Part shown: piece after piece, positions 46,654-56,058 of the stretch | Position numbering within the stretch: position 1 is the first letter of the stretch | Layout of the letters: each line of letters starts with the position of its first letter | From: a virus | Taxonomy: Duplodnaviria; Caudoviricetes | Strand: one strand, 5' to 3' | DNA length: 61,476 nucleotides | IMG/VR virus record: IMGVR_UViG_3300031184_000001 | Location: 1 to 61,476 of that record | The notes under the pieces: generated by a model | Database searches by the model: none | Seen by the model: only the letters and a program-made list of their open reading frames with translations | Told to the model about the DNA's origin: nothing | Made by a program: the position numbers and the translations under genes

Positions 46654-48690
46654 ATGCCGGGCCTCCAGTCGGGCAATCAGCCCTACCACGTCACGCTGAG
46701 GACGGCGGACGGCTTCGAGGTCGGCCTGGTGGCGGTTGCCCCCGAGAAGAACGGCGTGGCCCAGCCGCACGAGTTCGAGGGCACGCTGACCCCCGTGGAC
46801 GCCACCGAGGAGTTCCGTCCGGGCGGCATCCCGCGCGAGTTCGCGGACTTCTCGGCCGGCGCCGGGTACAGCTACTACGACCCCAGGGTGCCGAATGGGT
46901 TCGCCTGGGCTAAGAACGTCATCACCTACATTCCGCACGTCGCGGTGCCATCCGGAGCACTCACCGAGGTTGCCCTGCCGGCCGGCACGCACGCCGAGAT
47001 ACGGGCCGGCTTCGAGCGCTCGGGGCATCTGTACTTCTCGACGGGGCGGTACGCTTGCAAGGTCAGTGGGGGCACCGCAGCCAGCGCGTCGGCCGTGGCC
47101 GACTTCGCCACCATCGCCGGTATGTCTACCAGCGTGACGATTACCAGCACGACGCTGTACCTGGGCACCGCCTACTGGGGCGGGTACGCCAACGGGACAG
47201 CGCAGCCGTTGGTCAGTCACGTCGTTGCGACCGACACGTTCACGTCGGGCGCGACGTGTGCGGGCTGGCAGATCGGGTCCTGGTTCGGGGTGGACGGCGA
47301 GGGCAACTGGGACCAGTGGATGATCCGGACGGTCGGGACCGGCGCCGGGTACAAGATCACCAACAGCGCGACGCCACTCAACGACACGGTCTGGACGCCC
47401 GGGTCCGTCACTGGCGACGACGTCGGCGACCCCGGCTACCCCGTCACCAAGATCGTCACGAGTCGTCAGGCGCCGTTCATGATGAAGCCCGAGGGCGTCT
47501 TCATCATCCAACGGAACGGCGTGTATCGGCCGAACATCACGCCTTACTGGGAAGACGTTGTCAACGCCACGAACGGCGCCAACGCGGTGATCGTCCAGGG
47601 GCGAATGTACACCAACGTCCTGTCCGACCTCGACATGCTCCAGGGACTTGACGGTCAACTGAACGACCAGCCGTTCTCAGTCGGTCCGGGCTCGGACCTC
47701 CCGAACGAGACCCCCGTCGCTGGCGACGGATCGGCGATCTGCCGGTACAAGGACTGGATCGTCTACTGCCAGTACGACACAGTGCGCCAGACGTCGTACG
47801 TCAGTTTCGGGAAGCCCCGCGAGGCTGTGCCAGGGCAACCGGGCATCACCAACTTCGTCTGGCACTCCTGCCCGCTGGTGATCGAGGGCGAGAAGATCAC
47901 CTGGCTGAAGATGGCCGCTCCCGGCGGCAATCCGAGGATGTGGGTCGGCACCCGGAACGCTGCCGACACGACCACGCACCTGTACTGGATGTCGCTCCCC
48001 AGGAACGGCAACATCCTCCAGGAACTGGCCTCCGGCGGCCCGTGGAGAGCCCGTACGGATACCTGCACGCTGTACCTGTCGTCGAATCCCTGGAGCCAGG
48101 GTGTGCACGCTCAGAAGGCGGTCCGCCAGGTGGCGGTGGTCTCGGAGTCGTGCTCGGACACGTCGTACCTGACGCCGTACGTCTCGACCGACAAAGAGAC
48201 CCGGGTACAGCTCGGCGCCACCGTCACCGAGAGCCCGTACACCGAGGCGCGGATCGTCGACGACATCAACGGTCGGCAGGTTGCACCCTCGATCGACTTC
48301 CTGGCCGGGTCCGGGACCACGCCGCCGATCTTGCGCGCGTACACGCTGTGGGCGGGGGAGGGCATCAAGGCCAGCACGGTCTACCAAGGCCGGTTCCGCT
48401 TCGGGACGGGCATTAAACTCCGCGATAGCACGTACGACACGACCAGTAACCCGCAGGCGACGTGGGAGGTGTTGATCGCGGCGCAAGGGCCGCGCCCGGC
48501 CACCATCGTCGACTGGAAAAACACGACGTACACGATCGCGCTGGAGCAGGGCGCGGTCTGGAAAGAGCGCGAGGTCAAGGACAGCGACCACTGGCAGATC
48601 GAAGCCACGATCCGGTTCACCGTGCTTGCCCGCGAGCCGGCTTACAACGATGGGAGCGTGTACGACTCGGAGGCGGCTTATGTCGCCTAA
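46654..48690 (+). CDS. Probable tail nozzle / tubular protein B (beta-propeller-like)
   Basis: 678 aa, beta-rich, DFSAGAG N-terminal motif; positional call. Confidence 0.55.
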   Translation: MPGLQSGNQPYHVTLRTADGFEVGLVAVAPEKNGVAQPHEFEGTLTPVDATEEFRPGGIPREFADFSAGAGYSYYDPRVPNGFAWAKNVITYIPHVAVPSGALTEVALPAGTHAEIRAGFERSGHLYFSTGRYACKVSGGTAASASAVADFATIAGMSTSVTITSTTLYLGTAYWGGYANGTAQPLVSHVVATDTFTSGATCAGWQIGSWFGVDGEGNWDQWMIRTVGTGAGYKITNSATPLNDTVWTPGSVTGDDVGDPGYPVTKIVTSRQAPFMMKPEGVFIIQRNGVYRPNITPYWEDVVNATNGANAVIVQGRMYTNVLSDLDMLQGLDGQLNDQPFSVGPGSDLPNETPVAGDGSAICRYKDWIVYCQYDTVRQTSYVSFGKPREAVPGQPGITNFVWHSCPLVIEGEKITWLKMAAPGGNPRMWVGTRNAADTTTHLYWMSLPRNGNILQELASGGPWRARTDTCTLYLSSNPWSQGVHAQKAVRQVAVVSESCSDTSYLTPYVSTDKETRVQLGATVTESPYTEARIVDDINGRQVAPSIDFLAGSGTTPPILRAYTLWAGEGIKASTVYQGRFRFGTGIKLRDSTYDTTSNPQATWEVLIAAQGPRPATIVDWKNTTYTIALEQGAVWKEREVKDSDHWQIEATIRFTVLAREPAYNDGSVYDSEAAYVA

Positions 48691-48700
48691 GCTGCATAGC

Positions 48701-49174
48701 CTACCCCATCGCCTTGATTGCGGCGGAGGCCGCCTCCTCTGTATCGAAAGATCCCAGGTGGCGCCTTGCATCGCCTACCCTGACGCGCGCGATCCATTTT
48801 CGTTGTCGCTTGTGCCAGTTGACTCCGGGCGTGGCCGACGTTCCTCCGCGAGGGGGGCCATTCTGCGCGTCTTCGCTCTTGCTGACGGCTCTCAGGTTAG
48901 CACGACGGTTGTCGAGTTTGTCCCGATTGATGTGATCTCCAACCGGGCCACGGTACTTCGAGAGCCTCGGCAAGTCCAGGATCTCTCGGTGCATGAAGAT
49001 CTGGCGCCACCCACTGTCACCGAATCGCTCGTTCCTGACAGCGTAGTTGCTGGCAAAGTGCCATTCCCACTGGTTGACGAAGTCAGCATCGTCAGCATCA
49101 ATCAGGGCGTATGCTCGGACGCTGCCATCCTTGGCGCGGAGCGGGATACGGACGGTGGTATCATCGGACTGCAT
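48701..49174 (-). CDS. HNH-AP2 freestanding homing endonuclease
   Basis: ALIDADD, MHREIL, DHINRDKLDNRRANLR, GVNWHKRQRKWIAR...LGSFDTEE; GGAGG RBS; own TGcTATAAT at 49242-49250. Confidence 0.9.
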   Translation of the reverse strand: MQSDDTTVRIPLRAKDGSVRAYALIDADDADFVNQWEWHFASNYAVRNERFGDSGWRQIFMHREILDLPRLSKYRGPVGDHINRDKLDNRRANLRAVSKSEDAQNGPPRGGTSATPGVNWHKRQRKWIARVRVGDARRHLGSFDTEEAASAAIKAMG

Positions 49175-49266
49175 CGGGTACCTCCAGTACCTTGTGCCAC
49201 TCCCCCGGCCGCTACCAACGGCGCGGGGGTTTCGCGCGTCAATTATAGCATGGGAGGAACAGTCTA

Positions 49267-50289
49267 ATGGCGACTGTCCGCCCATTGCCCCTCGCGGATA
49301 CCACGGCCAAAGCAGGCTACGATCAGGTCGATCCACTCGTGATGTGGTTTTTGGGCGGGAACAGCGCGCCGGCAGCCACCGCCACGGGCATCAATGACGA
49401 TGACCGCTACGGTCTGGACCTTCAGAACAGCGGCATCGGCGCGCTGTCGTTCCGCGCCATCGCCGGGACCAACTTCGGGCGCATTGACGGGACCGGCGTG
49501 GCATTCGGCGGGGCGTTCACGCACACCGGGACCGGCGTGTTCACCGGACTACTCGCTGTCAACACACTGACGGTAGCAAGCGGGGTGACCGTCACAACTG
49601 GACCCGTGGTCATGGGCGGGTCGGCCACGGTCGCCAATGGATTCACCGTGACGACCGGCGCGGCCTCGCTCGGGGGCAGCCTCAACGTGGTGGGCGCGGC
49701 CACGGTCGGGACACTGCGGGTGACGGGGGCGGTGACCGTTGTGGGCGCAGTGACGATGTCCTCAGGCCTGGTGGTCGCGGCGACGGCCACGTTCAGCGGC
49801 ATCGTGACAATGGCGTCCACCCTTAACGTCAGCGGCGTCGCCACGTTCTTGAGCTCGGCGATAGCGAACACGTTCACTTCGACAGCCATCGCCGGCGCCC
49901 CGTTCGTTGCCAATTCAACGGGCGTCGCCACGAGCTTCAACGCCGACATGGTAGACGGACTGCACGCTGACGACTTCGTGGTCACCGGAAACTACACCGG
50001 CAACGGCAGCACGACGCGCACGATCACCCTGGGCTTCCAGCCTAAGTATGTGTACATCGCTAGCGTCGGATCGTCGTCTGGCACGCGAGCGACATGTCAC
50101 CTGTTGAGCGGCAACGGGAGCGACAACATCGGGTTTGCCCGCCTCAGCGGCGTAACCGCGCTCACCTTCCTGGTAGTGCTCGATTCGACTGTTCTCGTGT
50201 CGACTGGATTTCAGGTCGAAGGCGGCGCCGGCATCACGGCGATCTCCAATCAGACGAACGATGTGTACCGCTACTCGGCTTGGAGATGA
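49267..50289 (+). CDS. Tail fibre/spike-like protein (Thr/Val/Gly repeats)
   Basis: Beta-helix-like repeats, NADMVDGLHADDF hinge, YTGNGSTTRTITLGFQP head. Confidence 0.75.
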   Translation: MATVRPLPLADTTAKAGYDQVDPLVMWFLGGNSAPAATATGINDDDRYGLDLQNSGIGALSFRAIAGTNFGRIDGTGVAFGGAFTHTGTGVFTGLLAVNTLTVASGVTVTTGPVVMGGSATVANGFTVTTGAASLGGSLNVVGAATVGTLRVTGAVTVVGAVTMSSGLVVAATATFSGIVTMASTLNVSGVATFLSSAIANTFTSTAIAGAPFVANSTGVATSFNADMVDGLHADDFVVTGNYTGNGSTTRTITLGFQPKYVYIASVGSSSGTRATCHLLSGNGSDNIGFARLSGVTALTFLVVLDSTVLVSTGFQVEGGAGITAISNQTNDVYRYSAWR

Positions 50290-50290
50290 C

Positions 50291-50485
50291 ATGAACGAGA
50301 TCGACATCCTGACGAACGCCGGCCTCTCGCGAACGAACGCCGAGATGGTGGTCGCCCTTTCCACGATGGCAAGCACGCTGGGCCACCAGATCGCCACAGC
50401 GAACCAGCAGCCCTCGCCCGAGCCGCCAGCCGTCTCGGGCGACGTGATCCCCCCTGAAGGAGCCGATACCGATGAGCATGCCTAA
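50291..50485 (+). CDS. Small hypothetical protein
   Basis: GGAG RBS. Confidence 0.55.
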   Translation: MNEIDILTNAGLSRTNAEMVVALSTMASTLGHQIATANQQPSPEPPAVSGDVIPPEGADTDEHA

Positions 50486-51302
50486 TCTGAATGGCCCCTT
50501 CGGGGAGTGGCGCCGTGCATCCGCCGCCGTGGGGAATGCGATCACGGCAGGAGCCACGGCCGCAGCAGCGTTCCAGGCGTTCCCCCCGGGCTCGCAGTAC
50601 CTGTACATGGAGGGGCGGAACTACGCCGGCACCGCCGCCGTGATCTCGTACGCCCTCAACCCGTGGCTCCGCGTCCTGAAGACCACGGACAACTTCGCGA
50701 CGGCGACCGGGGTCACCGACTACTCGGCGGTCGCGCAGAACAACAAGGCGACCAACGGCGCGGTCGTGCTGTCGTCGCTCGCCACCACCGGCGCCCTCTG
50801 GGTCGGCGCCGAGCTCCCGTTCCGTGGCGTGTTCGCCGACGTGCAGGCGACCAACTCCAACACGTCGACCGCCGTCACGGCGTACTGGTCGGCAACCGGC
50901 CCGACGATGGCCACCCTGACCAGCGCAGACGGCACGTTCTCTGGGGTTGCCACCTTCAACGTCGATGGTGGCATCACATGGACCGTCCCCACCGACTGGA
51001 CGGTCGGCACCCTCAGGACGATCACCGGCGCCGTCAACGCCATCCCGTACTCGGGTGAAAGCCTGTACTGGGTCAAGTTGACAGTGTCAGCCGCGCTGGA
51101 TGCGTCGACCACGCTTGACCAGGTGCTGGCCATGAACCGCTCCACCAGTTACGCCAGTCTGACGTCGGGTAGGCCGGGCGTCGAGATGATGCTGCCGACC
51201 GGAAGTGGCCGCTACGGCTGCGTCGAGGCGGTTACTGATGTCGGGACCGCCAACCTCCTGGTCAACGTGGCAACGATTGGCGGCGGCAGCAAATTCCCAT
51301 GA
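50472..51302 (+). CDS. Ser/Thr-rich virion protein
   Basis: ITWTVPTDW...LYWVKL beta-sandwich pattern. Confidence 0.6.
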   Translation: MSMPNLNGPFGEWRRASAAVGNAITAGATAAAAFQAFPPGSQYLYMEGRNYAGTAAVISYALNPWLRVLKTTDNFATATGVTDYSAVAQNNKATNGAVVLSSLATTGALWVGAELPFRGVFADVQATNSNTSTAVTAYWSATGPTMATLTSADGTFSGVATFNVDGGITWTVPTDWTVGTLRTITGAVNAIPYSGESLYWVKLTVSAALDASTTLDQVLAMNRSTSYASLTSGRPGVEMMLPTGSGRYGCVEAVTDVGTANLLVNVATIGGGSKFP

Positions 51303-51487
51303 GCATCGAGATCGGGCAACGGGAATGGGACGCGCTGGCCGCGCGCTACGGCGCAGTGTCGGCGCAGTTGTTGGTCTACGAGATCCGACTGGCCGAGCGC
51401 GACGCTGAGGTTGCGGCGCTCCGACAGCAGCTCGTGGCGTGTGCGGACGAGTTGCACGCGCCGCTTGAGCAGGAAGGGAGCGGCTGA
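51299..51487 (+). CDS. Small coiled-coil protein (possible fibre chaperone)
   Basis: Overlaps neighbours on both sides. Confidence 0.55.
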   Translation: MSIEIGQREWDALAARYGAVSAQLLVYEIRLAERDAEVAALRQQLVACADELHAPLEQEGSG

Positions 51488-52815
51488 TGCCTCTCGTCTC
51501 GGTAGCCGCAGGCCAGCCGATCCGATCCACCCATGTCACTCAATTCACACGCTGGGTGACGGCTGCCACGAAGGACCAGTCGGCCACCTTCACCACCACC
51601 CACGCCACCGAGTACACGGTCACGATCACCAATGAGGAGACCTCAGCCGGCAACGCCCTCAAAGTGGTCTCGGGCACGTCGACCATCGCGCTATTCAACA
51701 AGACCGGCGTGACGCTCGGTGTCCCGGTGGTCGCGACCGGGCTCAGTTTGTTCACGGCGACCGGCCAGACGCTGTACGGCGCGGGCGGGACCGCGAGCGC
51801 GCTCTTGAACATCGGGTCGACGTTCCAGAGCATGATCGTCTCGTCAAGTGGCGTGCCGTCCTGGAGTGCATCGCTCCAGTCCTTGCTGGCATCGGCGGGC
51901 TCACTGGTGGGGGCGTCGGCCGCCAACACACCGGCCCACATCCCGAAGGGGACGGCCTTCCAGGAATTCGTGATGAATGCCGGCGCCACTGGCCAGACGT
52001 GGGCATCAGGTGTGTTAGCGGCGGCGGTCACGGCCGGCTACACATTCTTCGCGACCGGGGCTAACAGCGTGACGGGACTGGCCCCCGGTACTGCCCGGTT
52101 CGTGCTCGGGATGAATGCGGGGGCCACGGCGCCAACCTGGCTCGCCTCGCCCCAGTCACTTCTCTCAGCGACTGGTGGGGTTATCACGGCGACGGCCGCC
52201 AACACGCCAATCGCGGTCTTTCCCACAACGTCGGGGCAGTATTTTCGATCCAACGCTACCGGCGCCGGGTTCGAGTCGGTGGGAGCATCCAACTCGCTCG
52301 ATAAGTTAGGGGAGGTTGTGGGCACTGGGTCGTCCGCTGTCCTGGCGCTCTCCGGCATCTCCGGGGCGTACCGCTCATTGTATCTAGAATTGGACGGTGG
52401 ACGATCGACAGACACGTCCGCTGGTGTGGGCACGCGCCTGACATTTGAGACCAGCCCGACAGTCGGTGCGTACGACTACCAGCGGGTCTATGGATCCGCG
52501 ACGGTCCCGACCGCTGACGAGAGCATTGGAGCGGTCGACTACATCGCTCTTGGCTCCATGCCGGCTGCTACCAGTACGACCAATCTGATCGGGTCGTTCA
52601 GTATCCATTTGCCCGGCTACGCAGGCACCTCAGCATGGAAAAACGTGATCGCGATGTGCGACGGGTCATTCAACCTGGCCTCCGGATCCATTCAGGCGCT
52701 CATGACGGTCGGAGTCTGGGAATCCACGGCTGCCATCACGCTGGTTCGCGTGACACTTTCGGCCGGTTTCTGGACAACCACGAGCCGCCTCACTGTCTGG
52801 GGACTACCGGCATAG
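51487..52815 (+). CDS. Tail fibre / receptor-binding protein
   Basis: Repeated GxxxxAxxANT units; C-terminal WESTAAITLV...RLTVWG head domain. Confidence 0.75.
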   Translation: MPLVSVAAGQPIRSTHVTQFTRWVTAATKDQSATFTTTHATEYTVTITNEETSAGNALKVVSGTSTIALFNKTGVTLGVPVVATGLSLFTATGQTLYGAGGTASALLNIGSTFQSMIVSSSGVPSWSASLQSLLASAGSLVGASAANTPAHIPKGTAFQEFVMNAGATGQTWASGVLAAAVTAGYTFFATGANSVTGLAPGTARFVLGMNAGATAPTWLASPQSLLSATGGVITATAANTPIAVFPTTSGQYFRSNATGAGFESVGASNSLDKLGEVVGTGSSAVLALSGISGAYRSLYLELDGGRSTDTSAGVGTRLTFETSPTVGAYDYQRVYGSATVPTADESIGAVDYIALGSMPAATSTTNLIGSFSIHLPGYAGTSAWKNVIAMCDGSFNLASGSIQALMTVGVWESTAAITLVRVTLSAGFWTTTSRLTVWGLPA

Positions 52816-52831
52816 GATTCGGGAGGGCATC

Positions 52832-53335
52832 GTGCCGACACAGGTCGAGTTCAACTGCACGACCAGGGAGCTAGTCGAGGTCGAGATGACCGGGGCCGAG
52901 CTCGCGGCGTTTGATGCACAGCGGGCGATTCCGACCACCGAATACGCCGGCCAGGTCAACCCCATCGGTCGCATCCAGACGGTCGGCACGGTCTCCCAGG
53001 AGCTTCTACGCTTTCCACTGATCACCCTGACCGCGTATGGCGCGCTGGTGGAGGTCTACGGGATCGACAGTGGCAACGGCGTCGTCAAGTCGCTCGTCTT
53101 TCGATCCGTGTTCAAGCGGCTCTCGAACGGCCCGTCAGCGGTCGGCGCCCGCGTCGATCTCGCCAGCCACCAGGACAGCGGCGCGGCTGCGACGACGGCC
53201 GGTGTCGCCAATTGGACGATCGTGCCATCGCTCTCAGGGAACGACGCGGTCATCACGGTGACTGGGGCGACGGGGCGGACGGTTGATTGGTTTGCCTTCG
53301 CCGAGGTGCGGCGGTTCCGACCTGGAGGGCTCTAG
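52832..53335 (+). CDS. Tail fibre-associated protein
   Basis: FNCTTRELVEVEMT N-terminus; follows the fibre gene. Confidence 0.55.
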   Translation: MPTQVEFNCTTRELVEVEMTGAELAAFDAQRAIPTTEYAGQVNPIGRIQTVGTVSQELLRFPLITLTAYGALVEVYGIDSGNGVVKSLVFRSVFKRLSNGPSAVGARVDLASHQDSGAAATTAGVANWTIVPSLSGNDAVITVTGATGRTVDWFAFAEVRRFRPGGL

Positions 53336-53439
53336 CGGGCGACGGTCACCAGATACGCCAGGAATCCGAACCCAAGGACGATCCAGATTCCAATCGCCCC
53401 CCAGAGGGCGAATGCAATCAGCCGAGCTCGATCCTCCAT
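53332..53439 (-). CDS. 35-aa single-pass membrane peptide (not in the ORF track)
   Basis: MEDRARLIAFALWGAIGIWIVLGFGFLAYLVTVAR; GGAGGG RBS; TGcTATGTT promoter at 53463-53471. Confidence 0.7.
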   Translation of the reverse strand: MEDRARLIAFALWGAIGIWIVLGFGFLAYLVTVAR

Positions 53440-53630
53440 CTAAAGGCCCTCCAGGGGCGGGAAACATAGCACAGGTACCCCGGCCCCCGAAAGGGCCAGG
53501 GCAGTAACGCACTCAGCCGGATCGGGTGGTGGTACACCCGATCCGGAGAGCACCGAACCCTAGCATGAACTAGGAGGACGGCACTTGTATAGAGCGACAA
53601 CGCGGGGCAAATCGTTCCATCGGGGGCGCC

Positions 53631-54026
53631 GTGATCGGGTACCTCGTCTGGGCCATCGACATGATTCGAGGCAGTAGCACTAGAGGCCTGGAGCTCCAGA
53701 ACGGCATGGCGGCGGTGGCTTCGGGAGTCGTGCTGATCCTGCCGGCCAGCACGTTTTCGACCTCTCCGAGCTATCGCCTGTTCGATGCGGCGCCCGAGAG
53801 TATCTGGGGGCTGTCGCTACTCGGGGCTGGCGTCGCTCAGATCGCAGCGGCCTTGCACGACACCGTACCGCTGCGACGGATCGCGGCCACCGTCCTGGGG
53901 GTGCTGTTCACCGCCCTCGGTCTCGGCATCCTCTGGGCCAACCCACTCTCGGCGGTGGCGCCGATCATGCTCGCGCTCGCTGCCGGCCAGGTGGGGGCGT
54001 TTTGGCAGGCGCGATGGGTGCGTTGA
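53631..54026 (+). CDS. Multi-pass membrane protein of the lysis cassette
   Basis: About 4 hydrophobic segments. Confidence 0.65.
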   Translation: MIGYLVWAIDMIRGSSTRGLELQNGMAAVASGVVLILPASTFSTSPSYRLFDAAPESIWGLSLLGAGVAQIAAALHDTVPLRRIAATVLGVLFTALGLGILWANPLSAVAPIMLALAAGQVGAFWQARWVR

Positions 54027-54027
54027 C

Positions 54028-54528
54028 GTGGCCGATACCCCCGCATGGAGCGACCCGGCGACGTGGGTCGGCGCTGGCGGCCTCCTGGCCATCGCTGGCA
54101 GTTCGGCCAAGGCGCTGCTCGACTGGCGCAAGGACAAGGGCCAACAGCGCGCCACATCCGAGGACATGGTCCGCGACGACCTCCTGGCGACGATCCGTGA
54201 CCAGCGCGTTGAGCTCGGCCAGATGCGGACTGAGCTTTCAGCAGCACGCATTGAGATGCGCGAGCAGGATGCCAGAAGCCGCGAGGCGGTCCGGGCCTGC
54301 GAAGAGCGCGCCGATAAGTTCCTGGAGGAATTACGGAAACTGCATAGCGAGAACGACATGCTCAGAAGTCGTCACCATCGATTTGTGAACTACTTCTCGG
54401 TTGTGCGCGAGGAAGTGGATACCGACCGACTAGAACGGGGACTGAAACCACTTCCACTGCCGTCTTGGATCGACGAAACCATCCCTGGTCCGACCGCCCG
54501 TATGAAGCCACCGGAGCCGCCAGCATGA
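54028..54528 (+). CDS. TM plus coiled-coil lysis-cassette protein
   Basis: N-terminal hydrophobic helix, then a long coiled coil. Confidence 0.65.
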   Translation: MADTPAWSDPATWVGAGGLLAIAGSSAKALLDWRKDKGQQRATSEDMVRDDLLATIRDQRVELGQMRTELSAARIEMREQDARSREAVRACEERADKFLEELRKLHSENDMLRSRHHRFVNYFSVVREEVDTDRLERGLKPLPLPSWIDETIPGPTARMKPPEPPA

Positions 54529-54863
54529 GTCAGTCAAAGCTTGACGACCTGTACAACCGCCTAACCAGTCGGAAACTGCTCCTGTGCCTCTTCATGCTGG
54601 CGCTGGCCATTGCCGGCTACTGGGGCGGGCACATCACGTGGAGCGAATTCCAAACAGCCGCCCTCGGCGCCGTTGGCATCTATACCGTCGCCGAAGGCGC
54701 CTCAGACGCGGTGGGAGCGTGGCGCTCTCAGCCGACCGTGCCGACCGTCGACGAGATCGCGAAAGCGGTGCTCCGCGAGCGCGCGGCCCAGATGCGCCAG
54801 CGGTTTCCGGATGCGGTGGACGAGCCCGATGAGCCTCGGTTGCTGGAGGCCAGCCGTGGCTGA
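54525..54863 (+). CDS. Holin-like 2-TM protein
   Basis: RLTSRKLLL plus two TMs and YTVAEGASD; directly before the endolysin. Confidence 0.7.
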   Translation: MSQSKLDDLYNRLTSRKLLLCLFMLALAIAGYWGGHITWSEFQTAALGAVGIYTVAEGASDAVGAWRSQPTVPTVDEIAKAVLRERAAQMRQRFPDAVDEPDEPRLLEASRG

Positions 54864-56058
54864 TCCCTGGCGCTGGTGGGACGCGGCTACGATCGCCCGC
54901 ATCACTGGCTGCCCCGTGGATGCTGTGACCCACAACTGGCCGCTGATTGTCGATGCCCTGTACGTGCGGGGGATCTACGATCGCGACGTCTGCCTCGGTG
55001 TGTTGCCTACGGTCGCCATCGAGACGGCATCGACCTTTGAGCCGATCCACGAGTACGGCACGACGGCTAACTGGGCAGGGTACGAGGGCGGCCCCGACTT
55101 CGCCGGCCGAGGCTTCCCGCAACTGACGCACTTGTCGAACTATCGGAACGCGGGTGACGCGCTCGGCATCGACCTCGTCAGCAATCCCGACCTGGCGCTA
55201 GACCCGAAAATCAGCGCCAATATCCTAGCCTGGTTCTGGGCCACCAAGGGCGTCCCTGCCAAGAACGGGTCGCACTTCTACACGATGGTGGAGCTCTGCC
55301 ACGAACACGATTGGAATTGGGTGCGCCGCGTCTTCCAGGGCGGAACGGCTGGGCTCGACCGCCTGATCGCGATGGCCAGCGCCCTCGACGCCTACGCCGC
55401 CCCCACGGAGACACCCATGCCCGTCACGTTCAACCCCGACTACCCGGCTGTGCTGCAGAACGACGACTGGTCGTGCGCCCCGACCTCGTTGACGTGGGCG
55501 ATGCGCGCGCTGGGCCGGACCCCGGCCACCGACTGGATCGAGACCGACATGGTCAATCTGAACATCGTCTCCAAGGAGGTTGGCTTACTCGACCACACTG
55601 GCGCCGGCATCGTTACCTGGCTGCAGATCGGCGACCCGAAGCACTACGGCTCGGACGGCTACGGGATCTCTAACAACCAGTGCCCGATCTCCTGGGATCA
55701 GCTCATCCCTGAGATCAACGCGCATCCGCCGTATCCGTTGCTGCTGGGACTGCCGGTCTGGGGCGGCGCCGGCCACGGCCACTGGAGCGGCGTGCGGGGC
55801 TACGATCCGGCGCGAGACGTCATTCTGCTGGCCAATCCCGCTACCGGTGCGACCTACGGTCAGCCCGAGCTTACGCGCCAGCAGTTCGAGGCCAGGGCTG
55901 GCAACAACGCCAGCATTGTTCGGGTGCTGCATCCGGATCTCATCGGCACCCCGATGCCGGCGCCTACTCCAGTCCCGTCATCCTCGATCAGCCGCGCCGA
56001 TCTCGACGACATCATCAGCCGCCTGACCGTGCTCCGCGACCGGCTGCCCGCCGCCTAA
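54856..56058 (+). CDS. Endolysin: GH19/lysozyme-like domain plus C39-like cysteine peptidase
   Basis: AIETAS...EYG, FAGRGFPQLT..NY, DLVSNPDL; QNDDWSCAPTS, GHW, NPA. Confidence 0.85.
   Translation: MADPWRWWDAATIARITGCPVDAVTHNWPLIVDALYVRGIYDRDVCLGVLPTVAIETASTFEPIHEYGTTANWAGYEGGPDFAGRGFPQLTHLSNYRNAGDALGIDLVSNPDLALDPKISANILAWFWATKGVPAKNGSHFYTMVELCHEHDWNWVRRVFQGGTAGLDRLIAMASALDAYAAPTETPMPVTFNPDYPAVLQNDDWSCAPTSLTWAMRALGRTPATDWIETDMVNLNIVSKEVGLLDHTGAGIVTWLQIGDPKHYGSDGYGISNNQCPISWDQLIPEINAHPPYPLLLGLPVWGGAGHGHWSGVRGYDPARDVILLANPATGATYGQPELTRQQFEARAGNNASIVRVLHPDLIGTPMPAPTPVPSSSISRADLDDIISRLTVLRDRLPAA

Noticed and set aside
45631-47658. 675-aa minus-strand ORF, and similar ones at 27963-29543, 34035-35450, 38346-39665 and 42534-43403
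   Set aside because: These are antisense shadows of high-GC3 genes with Arg/Val/Gly-rich translations and no motifs.
53500-53560. Glycine riboswitch or twister ribozyme (GGAGAG-CACCGAA, TAAC..GCCGG)
   Set aside because: Conserved elements are in the wrong order or missing; only generic hairpins are supportable.
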